NCBI GenBank assembly: GCA_964629335.1
Contig: CAZVRH010000005.1
Location: forward strand, 1-52,749
Reading direction: 5' to 3'
Length of the DNA stretch: 52,749 nt
Source of the DNA: an uncultured Woeseia sp.
GTDB taxonomy: Bacteria > Pseudomonadota > Gammaproteobacteria > Steroidobacterales > UBA11654
The position numbers and the translations under genes were made by a program. Below, piece by piece: positions 22,828 through 34,800 of this stretch. Within the stretch, counting starts at the first letter, position 1. Every line of letters begins with the position of its first letter. The notes beneath the pieces were generated by a model. It saw nothing but the letters and a program-made list of their open reading frames with translations. It ran no database searches and was not told the origin of the DNA.

Positions 22828-25000
<2,173 letters not shown>

Positions 25001-25064
25001 TTTTATCTAAAATTCTTGCAATGAACAATATTAAAGCAGAGCTATTCCGTTATAATTAATAGAG

Positions 25065-25298
25065 ATGACATCAAGCAAGAAAAACAGCAAAAGTATAGAA
25101 ACAAGATTAAGCGAACTTGAAGCCCTTCTAGAAGAACTAGAGTCTGGTGATCTTGAGTTAGATCAGGCACTAAAAAAGTTTGAACAAGGTGTCAAATTAT
25201 CTAGAGAATGCCAAAAAACCTTGGAAGACGCAGAAATGAAAATAAAAATTCTAATGGACGGTGAATTAAAAGATACAGACCAAACTTTAGATCAATAA
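25065..25298 (+). CDS. xseB: Exodeoxyribonuclease VII small subunit
   Basis: LSELEALLEELESGDLELDQALKKFEQGVKLSRECQKTLEDAEMKI. Confidence 0.95.
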   Translation: MTSSKKNSKSIETRLSELEALLEELESGDLELDQALKKFEQGVKLSRECQKTLEDAEMKIKILMDGELKDTDQTLDQ

Positions 25299-25769
25299 AA
25301 ATCTCAGAATCAGAATCAAAACTATAGAATAAATTGCTGCTATCAGGTCATCAACTATGATTCCAAATGCATTGTTGTAACTCCTCTCAATGCGTCTGAT
25401 TGGAAAAGGCTTCACAATATCAAAGAATCTAAAAATTAAAAATGCTGCTATTGCCCATCTGGGATCTGGTGGAATAAAGTGAGCCACCAGCATCATCGCT
25501 AATATTTCATCCAAAACAATCTCATCATGATCTTGGTAACCCATTTCTTTGAGTGATCGATCGACGATAAAAAGACTGATAATCAGCAACGATATAAAAA
25601 CAACCAATACAATTAAATTAGGAATCGAGAAATGGGCAAATACGATGTACAAACCCAATCCTAGACCGCTGCCGAAAGTTCCCGGTGCGAATGGAATTAA
25701 ACCAACACCAAACCCAGTCGATACCAGTAAATATGGCTTGGTGAGCAATGTTTTAAAATTAATAATCAT
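25287..25769 (-). CDS. pgpA: Phosphatidylglycerophosphatase A
   Basis: GFGVGLIPFAPGTFGS, DHDEIVLDE, FRFFDIVKPFPI, GIIVDDLIAA; follows thiL. Confidence 0.95.
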   Translation of the reverse strand: MIINFKTLLTKPYLLVSTGFGVGLIPFAPGTFGSGLGLGLYIVFAHFSIPNLIVLVVFISLLIISLFIVDRSLKEMGYQDHDEIVLDEILAMMLVAHFIPPDPRWAIAAFLIFRFFDIVKPFPIRRIERSYNNAFGIIVDDLIAAIYSIVLILILRFLLI

Positions 25770-26719
25770 GAAGCAAAATGATCAAACAATTCTCGTGGGG
25801 GCTCGAACAATACATCGTCGGCAGTTAACACTTGATCTGATTCTGTAATTTCACCTACACAAGTGAAGTCTACATTGGATTGTGAAGATACCTCGTTACA
25901 AAATTGTTGCTCTAGTTCATTTGGGACGGTAAAGCACAATTCATAATCATCGCCGCCTGAGAGTGCGTATTTAATCGCCTTATTTGCAGTTAATTCTTTG
26001 ATTAAATTAGCATCTATAGGCAGTTGAGTGACATCAACTTTAAACCCTAAACCTGTTTGACTTGAGATTCTCTGCAGATCCACAAAAAAACCGTCTGATA
26101 TGTCAATCATAGCCGAGGCATATTTAGCAATTAACAAGCCTTCGTTGTTCCTTGGTTTAGGATAAAGAAATGCATCGATAAAATCATTTCTCTGACCCGC
26201 ATTGCCTTGCTGGATTAATTCCAATCCATAAGCGGCTGATCCAAGATGTCCAGACACATAAATTAAATCTCCAACTTTCGCATCAGTGCGGGTGATGTAT
26301 TGATTCTTCTCGATGTATCCTTGAAGGGAAACCGCAAAAAATTCAGGTCCTCGAATAGTGTCTCCACCAATTAATTTAACGTTGTTTTGATTAGCAAGTT
26401 CTGAGAATCCATCAATAAACCCTTTCACCCAATCTGGGTCAATAGTTGGCATACTAAAGACTAAACTTGCCCACCTTGGTTTCCCTCCCATAGCCGCCAT
26501 GTCACTTAGATTAACGGCTAAAGATCTGTAGCCAATGGCTTTTGCCTCTATTCCTGCCGGATAATGCACATCAACCGTTATGGCATCAGTGACGGTGATC
26601 ATTTGTTTTTGGTCCCCCAACTGAATTACGGAGCCGTCATCCCCAATAGGTAATAGAACATCAGGTGAAGATTGATCTGTTGCAAGTCTTAAAGCATCAA
26701 TAATATCTCTCTCGTTCAC
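25766..26719 (-). CDS. thiL: Thiamine-monophosphate kinase
   Basis: IGDDGS, LAVNLSDMAAMG, LIGGDT, MIDISDG, GGDDYELCFT. Confidence 0.96.
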   Translation of the reverse strand: MNERDIIDALRLATDQSSPDVLLPIGDDGSVIQLGDQKQMITVTDAITVDVHYPAGIEAKAIGYRSLAVNLSDMAAMGGKPRWASLVFSMPTIDPDWVKGFIDGFSELANQNNVKLIGGDTIRGPEFFAVSLQGYIEKNQYITRTDAKVGDLIYVSGHLGSAAYGLELIQQGNAGQRNDFIDAFLYPKPRNNEGLLIAKYASAMIDISDGFFVDLQRISSQTGLGFKVDVTQLPIDANLIKELTANKAIKYALSGGDDYELCFTVPNELEQQFCNEVSSQSNVDFTCVGEITESDQVLTADDVLFEPPRELFDHFAS

Positions 26720-26722
26720 CTA

Positions 26723-27169
26723 TCAACCTTTACGGGAATGAGTATTTTGAAAGGCATCAATCACGGCATTAACATACTGAAAGCTCCCTTCTGCTCCAAA
26801 GAGTTTGGCTAGTTCAACCGCCTCGTTAATAACCACAGGAACGGGGACATCGTTATGAAATAAAATCTCACAGGCTGCTATCCATATAATAATTTTCTCA
26901 ACGGGATTCACCTGTTCTATTGAACGATCTAAATGAGCGGAAGTTAGTTGCTCAATATTCTCCTGATTGTCGATCATTTCTTGCAATAAAATTTCAAAAT
27001 ATTCTTGATCTATTCGAGCATATTCTTTTCTGTCTTTGGATTGCTGAACAAGAACGTCAAGATGGTCGTTGTTGATTAGACGTTGATAGAAGACTTGTAA
27101 CAACAACTGCCTAGAACCAGTTCTGCCTGTTCCTGATAATTGTTCTTTTTTATCTATCTGTATATTCAT
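26723..27169 (-). CDS. nusB: Transcription antitermination factor NusB
   Basis: QVFYQ, VPVPVVINEAVELAKLFG, YVNAVID; nusB-thiL-pgpA synteny. Confidence 0.93.
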   Translation of the reverse strand: MNIQIDKKEQLSGTGRTGSRQLLLQVFYQRLINNDHLDVLVQQSKDRKEYARIDQEYFEILLQEMIDNQENIEQLTSAHLDRSIEQVNPVEKIIIWIAACEILFHNDVPVPVVINEAVELAKLFGAEGSFQYVNAVIDAFQNTHSRKG

Positions 27170-28105
27170 TTAATCCGGTCCGTTAAAATAGTTACGAGCT
27201 TGCTGAATATCATCGTTGATCTGATTTTTCAATTGATCAATATCCCTAAATTTCTTCTCATCCCTAAGATGCCTCAAAAACTCAACCCGTATATGTGTTT
27301 TGTAAAGATCTTGATCGAAATCAAGTATATGCACTTCCAAAGTCAGCGTTTCTCCATCAACCGTCGGTTTATAACCAATATTAGCAACTCCAAAATAGAG
27401 CTTATCATTATTTTCGATAGAAACATTTACACAAAAAACACCTCGCAAAGGATACTTTGTCTTTTTAAGATCAATATTTGCAGTGGGGAGCCCTAATGAC
27501 CCGCCAAGCCTTTGGCCATGGATAACACGGCCTGTTAATGAATAATTCCTTCCCAACATTTGACTTACGAGCTCAAGATTAGAATTACATAAAGAGTCTC
27601 TGATTAGGCTGCTCGAAATTCTAGTCCTGTGGTGACTGATACTATCGATCTGTTCGACTTCAAAATTATTTGACTCTCCTGAAACCACAAGATCTTTGAC
27701 AGAACCTTTCCTGTCTTTCGCAAATCTAAAATCATCCCCAATAATCAGGTACCGGGGACTGAACAAATCAATCAGATGTTTTTTTATAAATTGATTCGGA
27801 GATAAGTTCTCCATTGTTGAATCAAAAGGTGGGCAGTAGAGATAATCAATCTTATATTTATCAATCAATCTGTATTTATCTCTTAATGAGGTCAGTTTTT
27901 TATTTTGTTTTTTAAAAAAATAATCATTCGGCGTTGGTTCAAAACTAAACACTATGGATGGAAGTTCCATCTGCAATGATTTCTGCTTAAGTTTTTTAAT
28001 TAAAGCCTGGTGGCCCAAATGGACTCCATCAAAGATGCCAATAGTTATAACGGAACCGTTGTTGAACAATGGGTCATCCGTCTTAGGTCTTCTTATTAAC
28101 TTCAT
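27170..28105 (-). CDS. ribF: Bifunctional riboflavin kinase/FAD synthetase
   Basis: IGIFDGVHLGHQ, GDDFRF, RISSSLIR, GLPTAN, GYKPTV, LEVHILDF, LRDEKKF. Confidence 0.96.
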   Translation of the reverse strand: MKLIRRPKTDDPLFNNGSVITIGIFDGVHLGHQALIKKLKQKSLQMELPSIVFSFEPTPNDYFFKKQNKKLTSLRDKYRLIDKYKIDYLYCPPFDSTMENLSPNQFIKKHLIDLFSPRYLIIGDDFRFAKDRKGSVKDLVVSGESNNFEVEQIDSISHHRTRISSSLIRDSLCNSNLELVSQMLGRNYSLTGRVIHGQRLGGSLGLPTANIDLKKTKYPLRGVFCVNVSIENNDKLYFGVANIGYKPTVDGETLTLEVHILDFDQDLYKTHIRVEFLRHLRDEKKFRDIDQLKNQINDDIQQARNYFNGPD

Positions 28106-28145
28106 TCTTATACCTAAAACTCAAAACTGTCATTCGTCAATCTTT

Positions 28146-28808
28146 CTAGCTGGATGCTGAATTCTTAACGGGTTGCTCATTTACAATACGGTATTGAATT
28201 AAATCAGCTATGGTGCCAATGTTGATCTGATGTTTTCTCGAAAACTTCATCAATTCAGGTCTTCTTGCCATGGTGCCATCCTCGTTTAAGATTTCTGCAA
28301 TAACCGCTGCTGATGTGAGCCCAGCAAGTCTTGTCAAATCGCACCCTGCTTCCGTGTGTCCTGCTCTGTTCAATACCCCCCTTGGATCAGCCATCAATGG
28401 AAAAATATGTCCTGGTTGTGTTATGTCTTCAGGCTTTGCATTGGGGGCAGTTGCTGCCTTTACTGTCCTCGTTCTATCTTGAACTGAACTACCTGTTGTA
28501 ATACCTACTGATGCATCTATTGACACAGTAAACTTGGTGGACTCTAAACCCGCATTGTGGGTCACCATGAGAGGTAAACGCAGTTCATTGCACTTGCTTT
28601 GTGTCAAAGTGAGGCAAATTAAACCTCTGCAATTGTGAGTCATAAAATTGATATCCTCTGAGCTCACTTTGTCAGCAGCAATCATAAGATCGCCTTCATT
28701 TTCTCGATTCTCATCATCCAGAATAATGACCATTTTGCCTGAGCTTAGATCGTGAATAATCTGCTCGATCGGTGCAATATTAACGTTTTCTTGATCTGTT
28801 TTGTTCAT
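28146..28808 (-). CDS. ribB: 3,4-dihydroxy-2-butanone 4-phosphate synthase (stand-alone, no GTP cyclohydrolase II domain)
   Basis: LDDENRENEGDL, GLICL, FTVSID, PGHIFPL, RAGHTEA, AEILNEDGTMAR; ends where the RibA domain of RibBA would begin. Confidence 0.95.
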   Translation of the reverse strand: MNKTDQENVNIAPIEQIIHDLSSGKMVIILDDENRENEGDLMIAADKVSSEDINFMTHNCRGLICLTLTQSKCNELRLPLMVTHNAGLESTKFTVSIDASVGITTGSSVQDRTRTVKAATAPNAKPEDITQPGHIFPLMADPRGVLNRAGHTEAGCDLTRLAGLTSAAVIAEILNEDGTMARRPELMKFSRKHQINIGTIADLIQYRIVNEQPVKNSASS

Positions 28809-28853
28809 GCTTTTTCTATTCTTTTCTTTACGTTCCCTTCGGTATGTCTGGCT

Positions 28854-28881
28854 AACATAACAAATTCTATAAGGTCGTCAA
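28854..28881 (-). promoter_or_regulatory. Internal sigma70 promoter for ribB
   Basis: TTGACG-N16-TATGTT with TG in the extended -10 position, in the 98-bp ribD-ribB gap. Confidence 0.55.
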
Positions 28882-28906
28882 TAGCTATAATTCCAATAGA
28901 CCACTG

Positions 28907-29977
28907 CTAATTTCTCAACATCACTCTAAGATCCGGGCCAACTTGGTCAACGGATTCGAAATAAAAATTAAAAGCTTGTGATAATTGATCAAACATCGGT
29001 AACTCGAACATGCCTTTAGACGAGCTTCCCATTATGGAGGGAGCAAGATAAACAATAATTTCATCGATCAAGCCTTGTTCCAGCAAAGCTCCGTTAAGCC
29101 CCGGTCCTGCCTCAATTAAAACTTCATTATATTCTTTCTTGCCCAAGTCAATCACGACATCCTCCAAGTTCACATGCCCATTTTCTCCTTCAAGAAATAA
29201 TAGGTTGTCTACTGCTCTTTTTACTTCATTGTTGTTTAAAGTGTAAATAAAGTTGTCGCCCATTAACTCGAATATCCTTTCACTGCCTTGAGTTTTTAGC
29301 TGACTATCAATAATAAATCTGGCAGGTTGATCTTCATCAAAAAAATTGGGGAGCCTTACATTCATTGAAGGGTTATCTATTAATACCGTCGAAGCTGAAG
29401 TAAGAACAGCACAACTTCTCGCCCTCCATTGTTGGACATCCTGTCGGGACTCCTTGCTAGTAATCCATTGACTGTTTCCGTTGTTTAGAGCAATTTGCCC
29501 ATCAATACTGGCGCCAATTTTAGTTCTTAGATAAGGTCTACCAATCGACATACGCTGACAAAAACCAATATTAAGTTCCCTAGCTTCATGCTCTAACAAG
29601 CCTGATGAAGCTTTAACTCCTGCGTCTTCTAAGAGTTGAATACTTTGCCCTGAAACCTCAGGATTAGGATCAACCATCGCAAAGATAACCTCACTAACCT
29701 GAGCTTTTATCAAGGCATGAACACAAGGAGGTGTTTTGCCCTGGTGAGTGCATGGCTCTAAGGAGATATAAGCGGTTGCTCCTTTTGTATTATCTCCGGC
29801 ATCTTTGATGGCCTTCACTTCGGCATGATCTTCGCCTGTTTTTTGATGCCAACCTTGGCCAATAATTTTATTGTCCTTGGCTATAACGCAACCAACTCTT
29901 GGGTTCGGTTTACAACTAAACATCCCATTCTTTGCCAGATCGATCGCTGATTGCATCATTGTTTCATGGTTATTCAC
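28907..29977 (-). CDS. ribD: Bifunctional pyrimidine deaminase/reductase
   Basis: PNPRVGCV, HAE, LEPCTHQGKTPPC, SQWITSKESRQDVQQWRA, LIEAG. Confidence 0.97.
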   Translation of the reverse strand: MNNHETMMQSAIDLAKNGMFSCKPNPRVGCVIAKDNKIIGQGWHQKTGEDHAEVKAIKDAGDNTKGATAYISLEPCTHQGKTPPCVHALIKAQVSEVIFAMVDPNPEVSGQSIQLLEDAGVKASSGLLEHEARELNIGFCQRMSIGRPYLRTKIGASIDGQIALNNGNSQWITSKESRQDVQQWRARSCAVLTSASTVLIDNPSMNVRLPNFFDEDQPARFIIDSQLKTQGSERIFELMGDNFIYTLNNNEVKRAVDNLLFLEGENGHVNLEDVVIDLGKKEYNEVLIEAGPGLNGALLEQGLIDEIIVYLAPSIMGSSSKGMFELPMFDQLSQAFNFYFESVDQVGPDLRVMLRN

Positions 29978-30486
29978 TATTCTTCATCCTCATCAGCAAA
30001 GATGGAAATCTGAGATCGCACGTCTGATTCTGTGGGGGTGTCTCTGAGTGTTTCAATTTCTTTTTCAAATTCTTCGATATCTTGAAATCGTCTATAGACC
30101 GATGCATAACGAACAAAAGCTATTTCATCGATCTCTCTTAATTCCTTCATCACAATGTCGCCCAATGCTCGGGATTGGATTTCTCTTTCTCCCAATTTCT
30201 GGACTTGTCTGACCACTCTAGAGATAAGCTCTTCTATCGTCTCTATACTGATGGGTCTCTTTTCAGTGGCAGTCAGGATACCGTTTCTTAACTTTGTTTC
30301 GTTAAACGGTTCTCTTGATTTATCTCTTTTAATCAGTTTTGGTAATACCAGCTCTGCGGATTCAAAGGTGGTGAATCTTTCTGCACATTTTATGCACTCA
30401 CGTCTTCTTCTAATTTGATAACCATCACCAGCCAATCGTGAATCCACAACTTTGGTTTCTTGATTACCGCAAAAAGGGCAGAACAT
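29977..30486 (-). CDS. nrdR: Transcriptional repressor NrdR
   Basis: MFCPFC, VVDSR, IRRRREC, RFTTFE zinc ribbon, ATP-cone, AFVRYASVYRRF. Confidence 0.97.
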   Translation of the reverse strand: MFCPFCGNQETKVVDSRLAGDGYQIRRRRECIKCAERFTTFESAELVLPKLIKRDKSREPFNETKLRNGILTATEKRPISIETIEELISRVVRQVQKLGEREIQSRALGDIVMKELREIDEIAFVRYASVYRRFQDIEEFEKEIETLRDTPTESDVRSQISIFADEDEE

Positions 30487-30492
30487 AATTAA

Positions 30493-31761
30493 TCAGGATA
30501 TATAAACTGGAAATCTCTCACACAGCTTTTTAACATTAGCTTTCACTGAGGCAATCGATGATGGGTCGTCAATATTTCTCAGTATTGAATCAATCATTTC
30601 CACAAGTAATACAATTTCGTTTTTGCCAAAACCGCGTGTCGTGATTGCCGGTGTTCCTATTCTAAGGCCACTGGTAACCATGGGCGATCGTGTATCATTA
30701 GGCACAGAATTCTTATTCAGGGTGATATTGGCTTCCCCTAGGGCGGTTTCAGCATCGGACCCTTTGATATTCTGCTTGGTTAGATCAACCAAAAATAAAT
30801 GGCAATCAGTTCCTCCAGAAACGATATCGTAGCCTAAACCTTGGAGCGATTGAGCCATCAATTGTGCATTATCAATAACCTGCCTTTGATAGTCCTTGAA
30901 TTCTGGTTTCATTGCCTCAAGAAAAGTATGAGCCTTGGCAGCAATTACATGCATTAAAGGACCGCCTTGAGTTCCGGGGAAAACCTGTTTGTTAATAGCT
31001 GTTTGAATTTCCTGGTCTTCTCTGGCCAAGATTATTCCTCCTCTGGGACCTCTCAAAGTTTTGTGTGTTGTTGAGGTGGTAACATCGGCTATCGGAACGG
31101 GATTTGGGTAGCAATTTGCAGCAACTAATCCTGCTATATGAGCCATATCAACCATTAAGTATGCACCCACAGAGTCCGCTATTTCTCTAAATTTTTTCCA
31201 ATCAGCAATTCTAGAATAAGCTGAAAATCCAGCCACAATCATTTTTGGTGAATGCTGTTTTGCTAAGCTTGCAACCTGGTTGTAATCGATCTCGCCACTG
31301 TTAGGATCTAGACCGTACGCAATAACACGATAGAGTTTTCCTGAAAAATTAACCTTGGCACCATGGGTTAAATGCCCCCCATCGGACAGGCTCATACCAA
31401 GAATAGTATCCCCAGGTTCTAATAAAGACATATAGACCGCCATATTTGCCTGTGACCCAGAATGTGGCTGAACATTAGCATAATCTGCACTGAAGAGCTG
31501 TTTCGCTCTTTCAATAGCTAGGGTTTCAGCTTCATCGACATGTTCGCATCCACCGTAATAGCGTTTTCCAGGATAGCCTTCAGCATATTTATTGGTTAAT
31601 ACTGAACCTTGTAACTCCATCACTAATCGTGTGGTGTAATTCTCTGAAGCAATAAGCTCTATATGCTCTTCTTGTCTTTTTTGTTCCTGCGCTACTGCTT
31701 TGGCTAAATCAGGATCAAGATCATAAATTGTTTTCTCTATACTCATATTAATTATTTTCAA
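30493..31761 (-). CDS. glyA: Serine hydroxymethyltransferase
   Basis: [46 protein letters not shown] motif; the start is probably the ATG of MSIEK rather than the TTG. Confidence 0.98.
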   Translation of the reverse strand: MKIINMSIEKTIYDLDPDLAKAVAQEQKRQEEHIELIASENYTTRLVMELQGSVLTNKYAEGYPGKRYYGGCEHVDEAETLAIERAKQLFSADYANVQPHSGSQANMAVYMSLLEPGDTILGMSLSDGGHLTHGAKVNFSGKLYRVIAYGLDPNSGEIDYNQVASLAKQHSPKMIVAGFSAYSRIADWKKFREIADSVGAYLMVDMAHIAGLVAANCYPNPVPIADVTTSTTHKTLRGPRGGIILAREDQEIQTAINKQVFPGTQGGPLMHVIAAKAHTFLEAMKPEFKDYQRQVIDNAQLMAQSLQGLGYDIVSGGTDCHLFLVDLTKQNIKGSDAETALGEANITLNKNSVPNDTRSPMVTSGLRIGTPAITTRGFGKNEIVLLVEMIDSILRNIDDPSSIASVKANVKKLCERFPVYIS

Positions 31762-31828
31762 GATTAAGTATGCAAATTCTACTTAGATAAATTGAATAGA
31801 TCGATTGTTTTTGCAAAATAGGGAAAAA

Positions 31829-34800
31829 TTACCCGACCCATTCTCTGGCATTATGAAAAATTTGTAGCCAAGGTCCGTCTTCAGCCCATTCCGGAGGACA
31901 CCATGAATGTTGCTGCTTTCTTATGACTCTTTCAGGATGTGGCATAATGATAGTGACTCGTCCGTCCTTTGAGCAAAACCCTGCTAGACCGTCTTCTGAA
32001 CCGTTCGGATTGAACGGATACGATTGAGCAGGGTGGCCATAATTATCCACGTATCTAAGTGAAATTTGACGATGCTGTTCTAACGCTTCTTTATCATCGC
32101 TTCCATGATACTGGGTTCGACCCTCACCGTGAGAAGTGGCTATTGGTAGAATTGATCCTTCCATATTCTCTAAGAACAATGAAGAGCTTTTGGTAATCTC
32201 TACGAGACTCAATCTGGCTTCAAATTGTTCCGAGAGATTTTTAACAAATTGTGGCCAATGATCTGCTCCTGGAATAATACCTTTTAATTGAGACAGCATT
32301 TGACAGCCGTTACACACTCCTAAAGTAAAGGTCTCCGTATGATTGAAGAAATCTTCAAAATGCTTTCGTGCTATAGGGTTATATAGAATAGACTTAGCCC
32401 AACCTCCCCCTGCACCTAAAACATCACCATAAGAAAACCCGCCGCAGGCTACCAAACCTTGGAAATCATCCAATCCGTTCTGACCGTCAATAATATCTGT
32501 CATGTGCACATCAATAGCTTCAAAACCTGCTTTATGGAAGGCCACAGCCATCTCAACGTGACTGTTTACTCCCTGTTCTCTTAGCACAGCTATTTTGGGT
32601 CTTTTGTCTTTGCGGCGAATCGATTGGTCAGGATTTCTCTGGGTAAAAGTAATTTTTGCCGTAATCCCTGGATCACTTACATCTAGCGTTGCTTCAAACG
32701 CTTCCTTAGCTGTTTCAGGGTTATCTCGAAGAGATTGCATTCTAAAAGATAGCTCTGACCAAGATTGTCTTAATTCTCTCAAGGTAAACGTCGAAGAAAA
32801 TCCATGATCTGTTTCCAAACTAATCTGCTTAGACTCCTGGGTTCTACCAATGATTGATGCTAACCCTTCGAGCGAGTATTCCTGTAAAACATTCATCACA
32901 GTCTCTAGATTATTTTCGTCAATTTCCAAAACTGCACCGATCTCTTCGGAAAAAAGCAATGACAGAGTTTCATCTATTGTGCCTGTCTTTAAATGAACAC
33001 TCACTCCAGTATTCCCAGCAAATGCCATTTCTGTAACAGTAGCAAACAACCCGCCGTCTGATCGATCATGATAAGCAAGTATAGTGTTTCTAGCTTTTAA
33101 GTCTGTGATGGCGTCAAAGAATGTCTTTAATAAACCTGGGTTATCAATGTCAGGTGACTCCCCGAGTGATCGATTATAAATTTGAGCGAGACAAGAAGCT
33201 CCCAATCTATTATTCCCTTTTCCTAAATCAATAAGTAACAACAAGCTGTCGCCTTGTCTTTTTAATTGAGGGGTAATTGTTTTATTGACATCATCAACTT
33301 GAGCAAATGCTGAAATAATAAGCGACAACGGAGCGGTCACTTGATTCTCTTGATCGTCTGCTGTCCATGTCGTCTGCATAGACAATGAATCCTTGCCAAC
33401 CGGTATGGTCAACCCTATTTGGCTACAAAAATCAATGGTCACTGCTCTGACTGTTTCAAATAAGGCTTGTTTTTGAGCATCCGTTTGAATGGATGACATC
33501 CAATTCGCTGAAAATTTAACATCTGAAATCTCTTTGATGGAAGCAGAGAGAATATTCGTTATTGCTTCGGCCACTGCCAACCGGCCTGATGCTGATGGAT
33601 TAATCGTCGCAACAGGGGTTCTCTCTCCCATGGACATAGCTTCCCCCATCGATGAATAATGGTCTCTCAAGGTTACCCCTACATCGCTCACCGGTACTTG
33701 CCAAGGACCAATAAACTGATCTTGAGAAACCAATCCACCTACTGTTCGATCCCCGATATGGATTAAAAATGTTTTGTCTGCAACCGTTGGAAATCGGAGA
33801 ATTTTTTTACAAGCATCCTCAATGTCAATCCCATCCAATGTCTGACAATCGACTTCTGAGGATTGCGTAGAAATTGCCAGTTCAGTTTTGGGTGGGTTGC
33901 CGAATAAGACTTCCATCGGCATGTCGATTGGAAAATTATTAAACTGATCATCTTTAAGTCTCAAATAGCCGTGAGTGTTCACGGTTCCAATCACACTATA
34001 AGGGCATCGCTCTCTTTGGCAAATTTGATCAAAAAGTTCTAGATTGTCTGGGTCGATAGATAACACATAACGCTCTTGTGCTTCATTGCACCAAATTTCA
34101 AGAGGAGACATCCCAGGTTCTGCATTGAGTATCTTTCTCAACTCTAAATCAGCCGACATTTTACTGTGATCAATGATTTCAGGGACAGCATTGGAGAGCC
34201 CTCCAGCACCAACGTCGTGAATTAAGATAATAGGGTTGTTGGACTCATGTGCTTCATCGAGTGTTAGAGAGAAACATCGGTTAATCACTTCTTGAACTCG
34301 TCGTTCTAACTCAGCATTGCCTCTTTGCACGGAAGCGAAATCAAGATCTTCATTGCTTGCGCCTGCATTTAGTGATGAAGCAGATCCGCCGCCTAAACCG
34401 ATAAGCATAGCAGGCCCACCCAGCACGATAATCAAAGACCCTTTTTTGGTGTCCCTTTTTTGGACAGAAGACTCAGAGATATTGCCCATACCGCCGACAA
34501 TCATAATGGGTTTATGGTACCCCCAAGACTTGGTTTGGCTCTGATCTTTAGGCGACTCAAAGGTTCTAAAATACCCGAAAATATTTGGTCTCCCAAACTC
34601 ATTATTAAATGATGCGCCGCCGATCGGCCCTTCCAGCATAATGTCCAACGCTGACGCTATCCGATCAGGTTTACCGATGGTTTTCTCCCAGGATTGTATA
34701 TCATTGGGAATTCTTAGATGTGAAACTGAAAAACCAGTTAAACCGGCCTTAGGACTTCCTCCTCTTCCCGTGGCGGCCTCATCTCTGATTTCACCACCGG

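Noticed and set aside
28146-28200. ribB as a truncated ribBA pseudogene
   Set aside because: All DHBP synthase motifs are intact, the length fits stand-alone RibB, and no ribA remnant is present in the 40-bp gap.
28809-28906. FMN riboswitch upstream of ribB
   Set aside because: The gap is only 98 bp and contains a promoter; no RFN consensus visible.
31762-31828. ZTP or glycine riboswitch upstream of glyA
   Set aside because: 67-bp AT-rich gap with no stem structure.
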